A stretch of DNA of 64,000 bases, from positions 92,256,001 through 92,320,000 of the forward strand of contig OZ336871.1 of NCBI GenBank assembly GCA_965287045.1, read 5' to 3'. Every line of letters starts with the position of its first letter. The first letter of the stretch is position 1. The notes under the pieces were generated by a model. The model saw nothing but the letters and a program-made list of their open reading frames with translations, was not told the origin of the DNA and did not search any database. The translations under genes and the position numbers were made by a program. Shown here one piece after another: positions 10,112 to 22,499 of this stretch. The DNA is from Carcharhinus amblyrhynchos. Taxonomy: Eukaryota.

Positions 10112-12478
10112 AGTGTTTCTTAAGGCAAGATGTAGATTGCCCAATTCGGGAAGGGACTGTCTTAGGCTTGGCTCTGGGAAACGAGTCCAGACAGATGATT
10201 GATGTCTCAGTGGGGGACCATTTTGGGAACAGTGATCACAATTCTATAAGTTTCAAGATACTTGCAGAAAAGGATAGAAGTAGTCCTAAAGTAAAAGTAC
10301 TAAACTGGGAGAAGGCTAACTATGACAGTGTTAGGCAGGAGCTAGGGAATGTAGAGTGGGGGCAGCTCTTTAAGGGTAAATCCACATTAGCTATGTAGGA
10401 GCCTTTTAAAAGTCAGTTGTTAACAATTGAGCACAAGTATATCCCTCTAAAAATGAAAGATAAAGCTAGCAAGATTCAGGAACCCTGGATAGCAAGAGAG
10501 ATTGTGAGCTTAGTGAAAAAGAAGAAGGATACATAATAAATTTCAGGAAATTGAAAATGGATAAGATTCTTGAGGAATGCAAAGATAGGAAGAACGAGCT
10601 TAAACAGGGCCTTAGGAGGGCAAAAGGGGCCATGAAATGTTTTTGGCAGGCAGGATTAAGGAAAATCCGAAGGCTTTTTATGCGTTTATAAGGAGGAAGA
10701 GGGTAGCTAAGGGTAGCTCCAGTTAAGGACAGTGGAGGGAATTTACGTGTGGAGTCAGATGAGATGGGTGAGGTCCTTAACAAGTACTTTGCATCAGTAT
10801 TCACAAAGAAGGATGTGGTGGATGGTGAGTATAGAATGGAGGATGGTGATATTCGAGGGAGGACATGTTGAGATAAAAAGGGAAGAGGTGTTGGAGATTT
10901 TGAAAAACATTAAAATGGACAAGTGTCCAGGGCCAAATAGGATCTATTCCAGAATACTGAGCAAGGCAAGGGAAGAAATCGTTGAGGCCTTGGCCAAAAT
11001 CTTTGTATCCTCTTTAGTCATGGGGGAGGTACCAGAGGATTGGAGGGTAGCTAACTTTGTTCCTCTGTTTAAGATGAGACAATCTGGGAAATTACAGGCC
11101 TCTGTGCCTTACATCAGTGGTGGGGAAATTATTGGAGAAGATTCTTAGGAGCAAGATGTACTCACACCTGGAAGAGAATAGGCTTATTAGTGATAGGCAG
11201 CATGTTTTTGTGAGGGGGAGGTCGCGTCTCACAAACTTGATTGAGTTTTTTAAGAAAGTAACAAGAAAAATTGATGAGGGCAGGGCAATGGATATTGTAT
11301 ACCTAGGCTTTAGATAAAGCCATTGATAAGGTTCCTCATGGTTGGCTGATATAGAAGGTGAAATCATATGGGATCTGAGGTAAGCTGGTAAGATGGATAT
11401 AAAACTGGCTTGGGCACAGAAAACAGAGAATAGCAATGAAAGGGTACTTTTCTAACTGGAGGTCTGTGACAAGTGGTGTTCCAGAAGGATCAGTGCTGGG
11501 GCCTCTGTTGTTTATAATATATATATAAATGATTTGGAGGAAAATGTAGGTGGTCTGATTAGTAAGTTTGCAAATGATACAAAAATTGGGGGAATTCTTG
11601 ATAGAGAGGAGGTTTGTCAGAGGGTACAGCAGGATATAAATCGGCTGGAGACCTGGGCTGAAAGATGGCAGATGGAATTTAACCCAGACAAATATGAGGT
11701 GATATGATTTAGAAGGTCTACTGCAGAAGGAAAGTATACAGTAAATGGCAGAGCCCTTAGAAATATTAGCATATAGAGGGACCTACGTGTGCAGATCGAC
11801 AGTTCCCTGAAGGAGGCAACTCAGGTGGACAAGGTGGTGAAGAAGGCATATGGCATGCAGGCCTTCATCAGTCGGGGTATTGAGTATAGGAATTAGAAAA
11901 TCATATTGCAGCTGTATAAGACTGGTTAGGCCACATTTGGAGTATCATGTACAATTCTGGTCACCACACTACCAGAAGGATGTTGTTGCATTGGAAAGGA
12001 TACAGAAGAGAATTATTATGATTTTGCCTGATTTGAATGGTGTGCACCAAGGAGAAAGATTTATCAAACTTGAATTGTTTTCATTGGAGCCTCAGAGAAT
12101 GAGGAAGGACCTGATAGAGGTTTATAAGATTGTGACCAGATTGGTTAAAGTGGATAGTCAGAGTCTTTTTCTCTGAGTCAAAGGGTCAATTACTCAGGTT
12201 ATATTTGTTGAAAGTGAAAGGGAAAAAGTTTAAAAGAGGTGTGAGGGGCAAGTTTTTCATACAGAGGGTGGCGAATGCCTGGGACATGCTGCCAGAGGAG
12301 TGGTGAAAGCAGATTCTATAACAATGTTCAAGAGGCATCCAGATAGATACATGAATAGACAGGTAATAGAGGGTTAAGGACCATAAAAAGGCAAGAGAAT
12401 ATTAGATTAGAGAGGTATCTGTGCCAGGACAGACTTGGTGGGCCAAAGGGCCTGCTCCTGTGCTGTACTGTTCTTTGG
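10112..12478 (+). mobile_element. Older CR1 LINE, from the endonuclease C-terminus to the 3' tail, with many stops and frameshifts
   Basis: GDHFGNSDHNSISF (APE SDH motif), KCPGPNRIYSRIL, VPEDWRVAN, degenerate RT motifs, tail GGGCCAAAGGGCCTG..TGTGCTGTACTGTTCT. Confidence 0.9.
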
Positions 12479-12924
12479 CGCCATCAATGGCATCCAGGTG
12501 GGATCACCCTGCTATTGGGGACAGAGGCCACAGAAGCATCCCGGGAGGTCAGGGGCAGAGGTGTGTCCCTTGGGCAGTGTCAGCCTGGCACTGCCAGCTT
12601 GGAACATTGGCAGTGCCAGCCTGGCACACTGGCACACGAGCATGAGAGCGGGGTGGGGAGGGTGCACGGCTGGGGACGAGGCCTACCTGGAGGGCCAATC
12701 TGTGGTGGGGTAGGGGAACTGCTGCACACCCTACACTGGATCAGTGTGAGATGCAGGGAAGAAGGAGGCCAGTGACTGGCAGAAGAAGGCTGGTGATCAA
12801 GGGGGCTAGTGCACATGCTGCTGATCTCCCCACTGACGGATCAGCACATGTGCAGTGGCCGCTCAGCACTGTGCCTCCAGCCTCTCGAATAGGAACACTA
12901 GAGCAGCACAGCTGGCTTGGGAGT

Positions 12925-13140
12925 ACCATCCCTGTGCAGATTAGGTGGATTGGCTGTGCTAAATTGGTCCTTGGGATCCCAAGGTGTGCAGTTTAGGAGG
13001 ATTCATGGGGTAAATACATGGAGCTGGGTCTACAGGTATGGGATGGGCCTGGGTAAAATGCTCTGTCAGAGAGTCAGTGCAGACTTGATGGAGTGAATGG
13101 CCTCCTTTTGTGCTGTAAGGATTCTGTGATTTTATGATTT
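12925..13140 (+). mobile_element. V-SINE 3' half with CR1 tail
   Basis: TTAGGTGGATTGGC..TGCTAAATTG ... GTGCAGACTTGATGG..TGAATGGCCTCC..TGCTGTAAGGATTCT. Confidence 0.65.
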
Positions 13141-14237
13141 ACTTATGCAATGCATATTGTTTATCATCAATTAAATGAAAGCTGCATATACTCCAACAAA
13201 CTAACTTCCTTAATTGCTATCTCTTCATTTCCCAACAGAGCAATGTAAATTGAATTTGCCCAGTGCCAAATTGACAGCCTTGTACTTGTCATAGGCAGTG
13301 AGAGAGCACACTTGAACATGAAAAATATCAGCAGAAAAACAAGCTATAGGCTGGGTCACAATAGAAGAGTTGGATACAGACCTCAGGCCCTAGGGCAAGA
13401 GGGAAATCATTGCAGTGAAAAGCCTATTATAAGTATCTCTAAGATAAAATAGCTATGGCTAGATTTAATGATTTATTTAATAGCTTTTTTAATGGTCATT
13501 ATATTGTCAGTGGCTTTTAGGCAAACATGGCCATGAAAAAGAGCTGAAAAAGCAATGCAAATTAGGTAGCTGTCCAATCAGTACAGTTTTAGTTATCCAA
13601 TTAAAAGTCATTTGTTCCTTTGATTATCAGTATTACATTTAATTCGGTCAATCAAAATTTCAAGTGTGATGAGCATTTTGCAAGCACACTTTCTCATTCC
13701 CAAGAGACACACTTTATTCACAGGATTAATTGTATGTTGTACAGATTACTGAAAAGAGGCTATCTATAAACAATAAGTCTTTTGAAGAAATGAAATTTCC
13801 AAATGATGCCTTTTCTCTGCTATTGTTCTCTCTTTTGCTGCATTTAGCAGAGCCAGTTCCACAATCATATGCTCTTAGCAGAGATCATCATCTGTGAGGA
13901 GAGAATTGCTTTAAAATGGCACAAATTCATGAGCTGTGAAATCAGAGTTCTCAGTACAGCTATGCTCATGAGTGTAGCTGCATACTGGAAACACACTTAC
14001 AGAGTCGACCTTACCACTGTAATTTTGTTTTATGCTGTTTATTAACTTATTTAATTTTAGCTTGCTTATTTTAAGTTAAGCTTGCTTAAGTAACATTGGC
14101 TTTGCACACCATCCCCTGTTTGAGATTGTCCTTGGATCCATATATGTTAAATGTAATCCTTTTCTAAAATTCAGATTCTAAACTAAATAGTTACATCAGC
14201 AAAATTCTGGAAATCCGAAATAAAAACAGAAAGCTTG

Positions 14238-14518
14238 ATATTTATTTATTAGTGTCATAAGTAGGCTTACGTTAACACTACAACGAAGTTGCTGTGAAAA
14301 CCCCCTAGTTGCCACACTTCAGTGCCTGTTTGGAATATAGAATAGCCAACTCACCTAACCAGCAAGTCTTTCTGACTGTGGGAGGAAATTGGAGCAGCCA
14401 GAGGAAACCCATGCAGACACTGGGAGAATGTGCAAACTCCACACAGACAGTGACCCAAGATTGAATCGAAACCAGTCCCTGGTGCTATGAGACAGCAGTG
14501 CTAACCACTGTGCCGCCC
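14238..14518 (-). mobile_element. V-SINE with Rex1-like tail, splitting a Penelope-like remnant (14195-14235 / 14519-14570)
   Basis: Head GGGCGGCACAGTGGTTAGCACTG, V-domain, tail GTAAGCCTACTTATGACACTAATAAATAAA. Confidence 0.8.
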
Positions 14519-15892
14519 AAAAATGCGGGAAACACTCAGCCACTATGAAAAGAGAAATAGTTAATGGGTTAACTGTTCCTGCTTACGTCACAAGCCTGAG
14601 AACAAGCTGCTTTTTGGATCATGAACTTCGACGTGCACATGGTGGGACATCAGCCATGCTGATAACCATACAGTGGCAAGCAGTTGCCTGCAGATGTCCT
14701 GAAGATTTCCAGTACTGTCCTTTAAAGTGACCACATGTAAATCTCATGGCCTTCTGAGTTCTTGCTCTACACTCAGCACCTGTGAGTAAGTGAGCTGCTG
14801 GTACAATGGCAGTTCCATGCACCAACAGCAAAAAAATAGCTTTCCAAAAATGACCACTACTTGCCTCCGTAATTCACTTACTTGGCTTCCCACTGCTGAC
14901 AAGATAAAGCTGGTAAATTTGGATGTTGACATCCTTGCCAGCCTACAAAAGGACAACTGTCCTCCATAAGTATAATCCGTGCAGAAGAGAAGCCTCCTTA
15001 TCCATCTTACTAAATGACTAGTCAGTATGCTTCGCATCCTTTGGTCTGGTTAAAATGCTTTCCACATTCAATAAGTGTGAATTAAAGCAATTCTTCCAGC
15101 TATAGAGACTTATTAAAATCAAGATAAATAATGTTGTAGACATAGCATTTATCTTCATAGAAAAGAAGCAGAGATTTTGCATTGAAAAAGCAAAAAAAAA
15201 TCAACAATTTCATTAAGTCACATTTCAAGTTGACACATTGCGCAAGGGAAAATATATAACAAGCCACCCAAAGTTATACAAGACAGCTAAAATGTATCAA
15301 AAGGAAATTGCACTGAATGAAAATAGTCTGGCCAATCAATATACATGCCATAGGAACTTCAAAAGCTGACAATCTGTAACTATTTGGAACATGTTATTTA
15401 TTATTTGTATACTTTTTCCCTCCTTCTGCTGGTGTGTTTCATCTCTTTCATGACAGCACCATCCTTTTATTTCCTATATTAACCTGACTGTTCCTTCGAT
15501 AGACAGGAGGCTGTGAGCAATTCACTGACCTTTTGATAGATGTGCTCGCATGTCTACTTGAAAATCATTTTAAAGCATTGGTAGGAGAATTCCACACTCT
15601 AATTTTAGCTGATTTCTTTCCCAAAGTTCTGATATTCTGTGTTTAATAAAGATGAAATATTTGGATGTAAGAGGAGAGTGTGGCCAATTAGGGACCAAAA
15701 AAGGGACACACACATGGAGGGCGAAGGCATAGCTAAGCTATTAAATGAGTACTTTGCACTTGTTTTTACCAAGGATGAAGATACTCCCCAAGTCATAGTG
15801 AGAGAGGAGCAGTTACTAGGTGGGCTAACAATTGGTAAAAAGGAGGTATTAGAAATGCTGGCTATGATTAAAGTTCTAAGTTACCAGGACCA

Positions 15893-16212
15893 GAGCAGAT
15901 GGCATGGTGGCACAGTGATTAGCACACTGCCTCACAGCATCAGGGATCCAGGTTTAATTCCGGTCTCGGGTGACTGTCTGTATGGAGTTTGTACATTCTT
16001 TGTGGACTGTGTGGGTTTCCTCCAGTGCTCTGGTTTCCTCCCACTCCAAAGATATGCAGGCTAGATTGATTGGCCATGCTAAAATGACCCTTGGTGTCAG
16101 GGGAATTAGCAGGGTAAAAAGGTGAGGTTACAGAGATAGGACCTGGGTGGGATTGTTGGTGTAGGGTTGAAGGACGGAATGCATCCTTCTGCTCTGTAGA
16201 GGTTCTACTCTA
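15893..16212 (+). mobile_element. V-SINE with CR1 tail, nested in old CR1
   Basis: TGGCATGGTGGCACAGTGATTAGCAC head, V-domain GTGGGTTTCCTCCAGTGCTCTGGTTTCCTCCCAC. Confidence 0.8.
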
Positions 16213-17009
16213 TGAGAAACATCCAAGGATACTGAAAGAAGTGAGGTGGGAATTGTGGAGGTACTGCCCATTATCTTCCAATCCTCTTTAGATATGGGGA
16301 TTGTTCCAAAGAGCTGAAGAATTGCAAACATTGCACCCTTCTTCAAAAAAGGACATAAGAAAAAACTCAAGAGCTATAGGCCAGTCGGTTTAGAAATGTT
16401 GATCTGGGACAAATTTAATAATCACTTGGACAAATGTGGATAAAGTAAGGAAAATTAATATGGAATTGTTAAAAACAAATCATGTTTAACTAACCTTGTT
16501 GAGTTTTTTTGATGAGGGGACAGAGACAGTTAATGAGGGTAATAATGTGATGTACATGGATTTTCAAAAGGAATTTGATAAAGTGTCACATAATAGACAC
16601 ATCAGCTAGGTTGGAATAAAAGGGAAAATGGAAACATGGATGTAAAGCTAGCTGAGTGACTGGAAACAGACTTTTCTTGATCTGTATTAAAAGCTTTGGC
16701 TTAGGTTTAAAGGGCACAATTTCAAAATATGTAGATGATAGAAAACTGGGCAGCATTATGAACTGTGAGCAGGAGAGGCTTCAGGAGAATAAAGGCAGGT
16801 TCATGGAATGGGTGAACGAGCAGCCAATGGAATATAATGTAGAAAGGAGTGAAGTGATATACTTTGGTAAAAAGAACGAGAGGCAATGTTACCTAAAAAG
16901 TGCAATTCTAAAGGGAGTGCAAGAACAGTCACCTTAGGGTATATGTTCACAAATCATTGAGATTGGGAAAAAGGCATACAGGATCCTGGTCTTTTAAATG
17001 GAGATATTG

Positions 17010-17120
17010 GATGGGATTTTCCAGCCCTTCCCACCGGTGTGATTTTCCAGTTCCGCCAAAGTCAATGGAGATTTGAATAGCTTTCAACCTCCACCGGGGC
17101 AGAGTTGGAAAATCCCAGCC
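17010..17120. mobile_element. MITE with 15-bp TIRs, nested in old CR1
   Basis: GGATGGGATTTTCCA / TGGAAAATCCCAGCC (14/15 match); the CR1 sequence is collinear on both sides. Confidence 0.7.
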
Positions 17121-17309
17121 ATAAATTACAAAAGAATGGAAGTTCTGGTGAACTTTTATAAAACATTGTTCTGCGCTCAACTGGAGCATTATGTCGAATC
17201 CACATTTCTGGAAGCATGTGGAAGCTTTAAAGAGGGTGCAGAGAAGATTGAGAAGAACGGTTGATGGATGAGAGTCTTCAATTCCATGGATAGATTAAAA
17301 AAGATGAGG

Positions 17310-17498
17310 TTTGATTTGCTTTGATTTATTGTTGTCACATGTATTAGTATACAGTGAAAAGTATTTTTTCTTGTGTGCTGTACAGACAAAGCATACCATA
17401 CATAGGGAAGGAAAGGAGAGGGTGCAGAATTTACTGTTACGGTCTGAGCTAGGGTGTTGAGAAAGATCAACTTAAAATGAGATAAGCCCATTCAAAAG
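17310..17498 (-). mobile_element. Rex1/Babar-like LINE 3' UTR fragment
   Basis: TTTGATTTATTGTTGTCACATGTATTAGTATACAGTGAAAAG; homologous to 1638-1820. Confidence 0.75.
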
Positions 17499-17794
17499 AG
17501 AAGGTTATGAGAAGATTTGATCGAGGCGATCAAAATCATCATCTCGATAGAGTAAAAACGAAGAAACTGTTCCTGTTGGCAGAAGGATCCATTCAAGGCA
17601 AGTGGCAAAAGAAGCACAGAGTCATGGACAAATCTATTTTTGCACAATAAGCGGTAAGGTTCTGGAATGCACTATCTGAGAGGGTGATGGAGGCAGGTTC
17701 AATTGTGGCTTTCAAACTGGAATCACACAAGCACCTGAAGAGAAAGAGATTACTGGATTTTGAGCAAAGGGAAGTAATTTTGAGCAAAGGGAAG

Positions 17795-19963
17795 GGGCGC
17801 AGATTGGAAGGTAGGTCTGCTGAGGAACAATGGAGGATCTTTAAGGAGGTCTTTCTTGGTGCTCAGCAGAAATTTATTCCGATGTTAAAAAAGGATCGTA
17901 GGGGGAGAGATAATCAGCCATGGGTAACGAAGGGGATAAAAGGAGAGTATTAAATTAAAAGCTGATGCGTTTAGAGTGGCTAAGAGTAGTGGGTGAGAAG
18001 AGGATTGGGAGAGGTTTAAATATCAACAAAGAATGACGAAGAAGTTGATTAAGAAAGGAAGGATAAACTATGAAGCTAGGCTCGCGCTAAATATAAAAAA
18101 GGATAATAAGAGTTTTTATAAATATATAAAAAGAAGGCTGGCTAGGATGAATGTTGGAGCCTTAGAGGATGAGAGGGGGGATTTAGAGGTGGGGGATGAG
18201 GAAATGGCTGAGGCCTTGAATAACTTTTTTGCTTCAGTCTTCACGGAGGAGGACGAGAATAGTTTGCCTGGTGTTAACAATGGAAAGATGGTAGGAGTAG
18301 GGGGCCTGAATGAGATCATTGTTACTAGAGAGGCAGTGCTCGACAGACTAGAGGGACTGACTGTGGACAAGTCCCCAGGGCCGGATGGAATGCATCCCAG
18401 GGTTCTGAAGGAAATGGCGGAGGTGATAGTGGATGCCTTAGTGATTATTTTCCAAACCTCGCTGGATTCCAGGGAAGTGCCGGAAGATTGGAAAACGGCT
18501 AATGTTACGCCGCTGTTTAAAAAGGGTAGCAGGCAAAAGGCAGGGAATTATAGGCCAGTTAGTTTAACGTCTGTTGTAGGAAAAATGCTTGAATCTGTAA
18601 TCAAGCAGAAAATAGCGAGGCATCTTGAGAAGAATTGTTTGATAGAGCAGATGCAGCACGGATTCGTAAAGGGGAAGTCGTGTATGACAAATTTATTGGA
18701 ATTCTATGAGGATGTGTCTAGTGCGGTGGATAGACGGGAACCGGTGGATGTGGTGTTACTCAATTTTCAGAAGGCGTTTGATAAGGTGCCACACAAAAGG
18801 TTGTTACAGAAGGTTAGGGGACATGGAGTTGGGGGTAAGGTGTTAGCGTGGATAGGGGATTGGCTGTCAAATAGGAGGCAGAGACTGGGTGTCAATGGGT
18901 GCTATTCGGATTGGCGGTTGGTGACTAGTGGAGTGCCCCAGGGATCGGTGCTGGGGCCTCAGCTATTTACCATTTATATAGATGATCTGGAGGAGGGAAC
19001 TGAGTGTAAGGTGTCGAAATTTGCTGATGACACAAAGATAAGTGGAGCGGCAAATTGTGCAGAGGATATGGAAAGTCTGCAGAGGGACCTAGATAGGCTG
19101 AGCGAGTGGGCGAGGACCTGGCAGATGGAATACAATGTTGGCAAGTGTGAGGTTATCCACTTTGGTAGGAATAATGGTAGGAGGGACTACTACTTACGTG
19201 GCGAAAAGCTGCAGCATGCTACGGTGCAGAGGGACCTGGGGGTCCTTGTGCATGAGTCGCAAAAACCCATCCTACAGGTGCAGCAGGTGGTCAGGAAGGC
19301 AAATGGGATGCTGGCCTTCATAGCAAGGGGGATTGAGTATAAAAGTAGGGAGGTCTTGCTGCAACTGTACAGGGCACTGGTGAGGCCGCAGCTGGAGTAC
19401 TGTGTGCAGTTTTGGTCGCCGCACCTGCGCAAGGATATTTTGGCCTTGGAGGGAGTGCAGAGGAGGTTCACTAGGCTGATACCAGAGTTGAGGGAGTTGA
19501 GCTATGAGGAGAGGCTGAATAGACTGGGATTGTACTCATTAGAGTTTAGAAGGATGAGGGGAGATCTCATTGAGACGTATAAGATGATGAAAGGGATGGA
19601 TAGGGTAGAGGTGGAGAAGTTCTTCCCGCTCAGAAAGGACAGCAGGACTAGAGGGCACAGCCTCAAGATAAGGGGGGGGGGGCAGTTTAGAACGGAGTTG
19701 AGGGGGAACTTCTTCACTCAAAGGGTGGTGAATCACTGGAATTCTCTGCCCGTTGAAGTGGTGAAGGCTACCTCGCTAAATATATTTAAGACGCGGGTAG
19801 ATAGGTTTTTGGCAGGCAAGGGAATTAAGGGTTATGGGGAGAAAGCGGGAAAGTGGAACTGAGCCACTTCAGATCAGCCATGATCTTATTGAATGGCAGG
19901 GCAGGCTGGAAGGGCTAGATGGCCTACTCCTGCTCCTATTTCTTATGTTCTTATGTTCTTATG
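17795..19963 (+). mobile_element. Young CR1 LINE, 5'-truncated (subfamily B)
   Basis: Long open RT frame and (TTCTTATG)n tail; inserted into the 3' end of the older CR1. Confidence 0.95.
18033..19862 (+). CDS. CR1 ORF2 linker plus reverse transcriptase, 609 aa open frame (truncated ORF2)
   Basis: KSPGPDGMHPRVLKE, NYRPVSLTSVVGK, QHGF, GVPQGSVLGP, FADD. Confidence 0.9.
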   Translation: MTKKLIKKGRINYEARLALNIKKDNKSFYKYIKRRLARMNVGALEDERGDLEVGDEEMAEALNNFFASVFTEEDENSLPGVNNGKMVGVGGLNEIIVTREAVLDRLEGLTVDKSPGPDGMHPRVLKEMAEVIVDALVIIFQTSLDSREVPEDWKTANVTPLFKKGSRQKAGNYRPVSLTSVVGKMLESVIKQKIARHLEKNCLIEQMQHGFVKGKSCMTNLLEFYEDVSSAVDRREPVDVVLLNFQKAFDKVPHKRLLQKVRGHGVGGKVLAWIGDWLSNRRQRLGVNGCYSDWRLVTSGVPQGSVLGPQLFTIYIDDLEEGTECKVSKFADDTKISGAANCAEDMESLQRDLDRLSEWARTWQMEYNVGKCEVIHFGRNNGRRDYYLRGEKLQHATVQRDLGVLVHESQKPILQVQQVVRKANGMLAFIARGIEYKSREVLLQLYRALVRPQLEYCVQFWSPHLRKDILALEGVQRRFTRLIPELRELSYEERLNRLGLYSLEFRRMRGDLIETYKMMKGMDRVEVEKFFPLRKDSRTRGHSLKIRGGGQFRTELRGNFFTQRVVNHWNSLPVEVVKATSLNIFKTRVDRFLAGKGIKGYGEKAGKWN

Positions 19964-21339
19964 CAAGTACATTTTCTCCTGAAGGAAGTCAGAACAGGCA
20001 CGTGGGGCCATGTAGCCTATGTGCTGTAACCATTAAATGAATCTGTGATCCTAAACCTTGGACCCTGTTTAATGTTTGCGAATGTTGGAAGTATATACTC
20101 AATCATTACAAATGAGTGGAGGACAGGAGTGCCATTATCCTTGAAGACATCCTCAGATCCATTTCTGCCATCCTACACTTCCTTTGCACAGCTACTGATC
20201 ATGTGAAAACAGACCTCTTAACAGCAATTTACCTGTTGACACCCTGTGTTGTGTGTCATGCCCACAAAAGATATCACATTCCTAACATTCATGCTACAGA
20301 ATTTATTCAATGCGGATTTTTGGAAATCGACTTTAAAAAGTGGACAATGATCTGCAAAGGTGGCTGCTGAGTGCCAGGTGCCTTTTGTGATTTTGTTACA
20401 GACAAAAGATTAACTCAGGTCTCTGGAATGTTCTCCAAATGGGAATGGGTGAAACGGCTTTTCCTTGAAAGGACATTCAAAATGTGAAAGAATTTACACC
20501 TCCTCTTGACTGGGGCATTTACTGAAGCTCTAAAATCAATAACTACCCCCCCACCCCAGACTCAAGTCTACAATCTCAACATTTAACAAACCCGTGTGGA
20601 GTAATTATCACAAGCAGTTGTGAGTAGCCGTCATTGCGCAGCAATGGTATAATGGTATCTTTAACTCCCTTGTGTGGACAACAGAAGTATTTGTCATGTG
20701 GTCACATGATTAAACTGACTTCAGATGACAATTTATTTTACTCCAAGAACCAGGCAGTCTGTAAACCAAGATGACTAAGAGAAATCGTTGCTCCGGCAAG
20801 AAGAAAAGAACCTCCCAGAACAACCGGGCATTCCAAGCAGTGAGGGAAAGATGCTAGTTTGTCTTCAGTTGCAAAGATGCCTCTCTACAGAAACTCAGCT
20901 ACAACTTCATCTGGAAACCCAAAAGCTTCCAATTTCCATTGATCCGAAGGACTTCAGGAGAGAATTTATTCAGACCTGCAACATATACAACCTAAAGGAT
21001 TACAATTAAACTGGCAATTTGCTTCTTGTATTGCTGTTTAAAGCCTAAAGATATGCTTTGCCTCTAAACTCCATCTTTACTGCTTGAGGAAGTGTTTGTC
21101 ATTGCATGTTGTGTGAATAAACATTGACCAGTAAGTTCCGAGCTCCTGGGGCATTGTACCTGGAAGGGTTAACCATGATCAACCATAATCAAAATGAATG
21201 GTGGAGCAGGCTCAAAGGGCTGAATGGCCTACTCCTGCTTCTGTTTTCTACATGTCTATGTTCACCCCAAAGATGTGCTGGGGAACCACACACCAGCCTC
21301 CAACACTCCGTCCACAACTCCCCTACAGAAATTCCAAGG

Positions 21340-22130
21340 TAGGGATTTCATAGCAATTACTCGGAAGTTAAAACTTTCTTTGGGCAATATCCCTGCACTG
21401 AAACCACCCACAATAATGTGATTTAAATTGCAAAGTTTGGACAGCTCTGACAGTCATACACCAAGTTACCCAGAAAATGTTAAAATGATTAAAACCACTT
21501 TTAGCTTTTGGATAATTATAGTACTGATCTATCCAATACCGCACCCCCCCCAACTCCCACCCCGCAGGTCTCCCCACCAACAACCCCAGTACCCCTCCAT
21601 GACTATCCCCTACTACTGCCCCCTAATTACTCCCACCACACGGAACCCACCCAACCTCCTCCACTCCCCGACAGCACACAGGATTCTCCCCACCTCCATT
21701 AGCCCCCTGACAACAGTCCATCTCCAGACTACCCCAGCCCCCCCAACTATCCCTCCCCCCTCAACCTGACCCAAAAATCCCCTAAGACCCAAGCCAGTCT
21801 AACCTGACCCGAACCCTTTCCCTCAAGCCTGACCCTGCACAATAGGGCCTGACCCCTCTCCACAAGATCTGGCCCAGCACAAACCCCACACCCACCCACC
21901 CACCTGACTCCTGACGCAGCTCAACCTGATCCCACACCCCTGTGGACCTGAGCTGGTCCGACACAACCGAAAGGTCCCCAAAGCTGGGCTCTACCTGACT
22001 TAACCTACCCCCTGCTGCACTACCTCCAAGCCTGATCCAATCTGCCTCTCCCACACCCCAGGTTTCAGATGACTGAGAGCTGAGGAGAAAGGGGCTAAGT
22101 TTTCCCACTACTTCTCTCCTATCCATAATA
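21340..22130. mobile_element. C-rich degenerate interspersed repeat, probably Harbinger-derived
   Basis: C-rich low-complexity body with ACCTGACC-like subrepeats; composition like other Harbinger-derived segments here. Family assignment is inference. Confidence 0.3.
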
Positions 22131-22499
22131 TATGATTGTTTGAATTGGATTCCCCTGTGTTATGAATTCAGATAAATCAGACAACTGATGACTTGGCTAT
22201 GTCTGAGTTTATGGCCTCAGGAAATGGGAGTTCCCTGCAAAATATTCTCAAAGGTTCACATTTGCTCATGTAGTCAACAGCTGAAGTCAGCCATTCATAG
22301 GACACTGCATAGTTCCAAGTTGCAAGTTCCTACATTGATACTCCCAAACCATTAAGACTGGGTGATATATTCATGAATTATTTATGAAGTGCTGATATTG
22401 AGCCTCCAAAGAGCATATGTGGGCCTGTCCTGTGAAGCCTGAATTCTTTCACTCACACCTGAAGGAGCCCTCTTCAGATGGATTTACATAGTTATTCTA

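Larger units (their letters stand above)
15630..17775 (+). mobile_element. Old, heavily decayed CR1 LINE hosting nested insertions; its tail resumes at about 19964-20050
   Basis: AKLLNEYFALVFTKDED, IANIAPFFKKG, DFQKEFDKV, SKYVDDRKLG and WNALSERVMEAGS remnants. Confidence 0.8.

Noticed and set aside
18033-19862. Host gene, retron or group II intron reverse transcriptase
   Set aside because: Multiple dispersed 5'-truncated copies with CR1 tails identify it as LINE ORF2.
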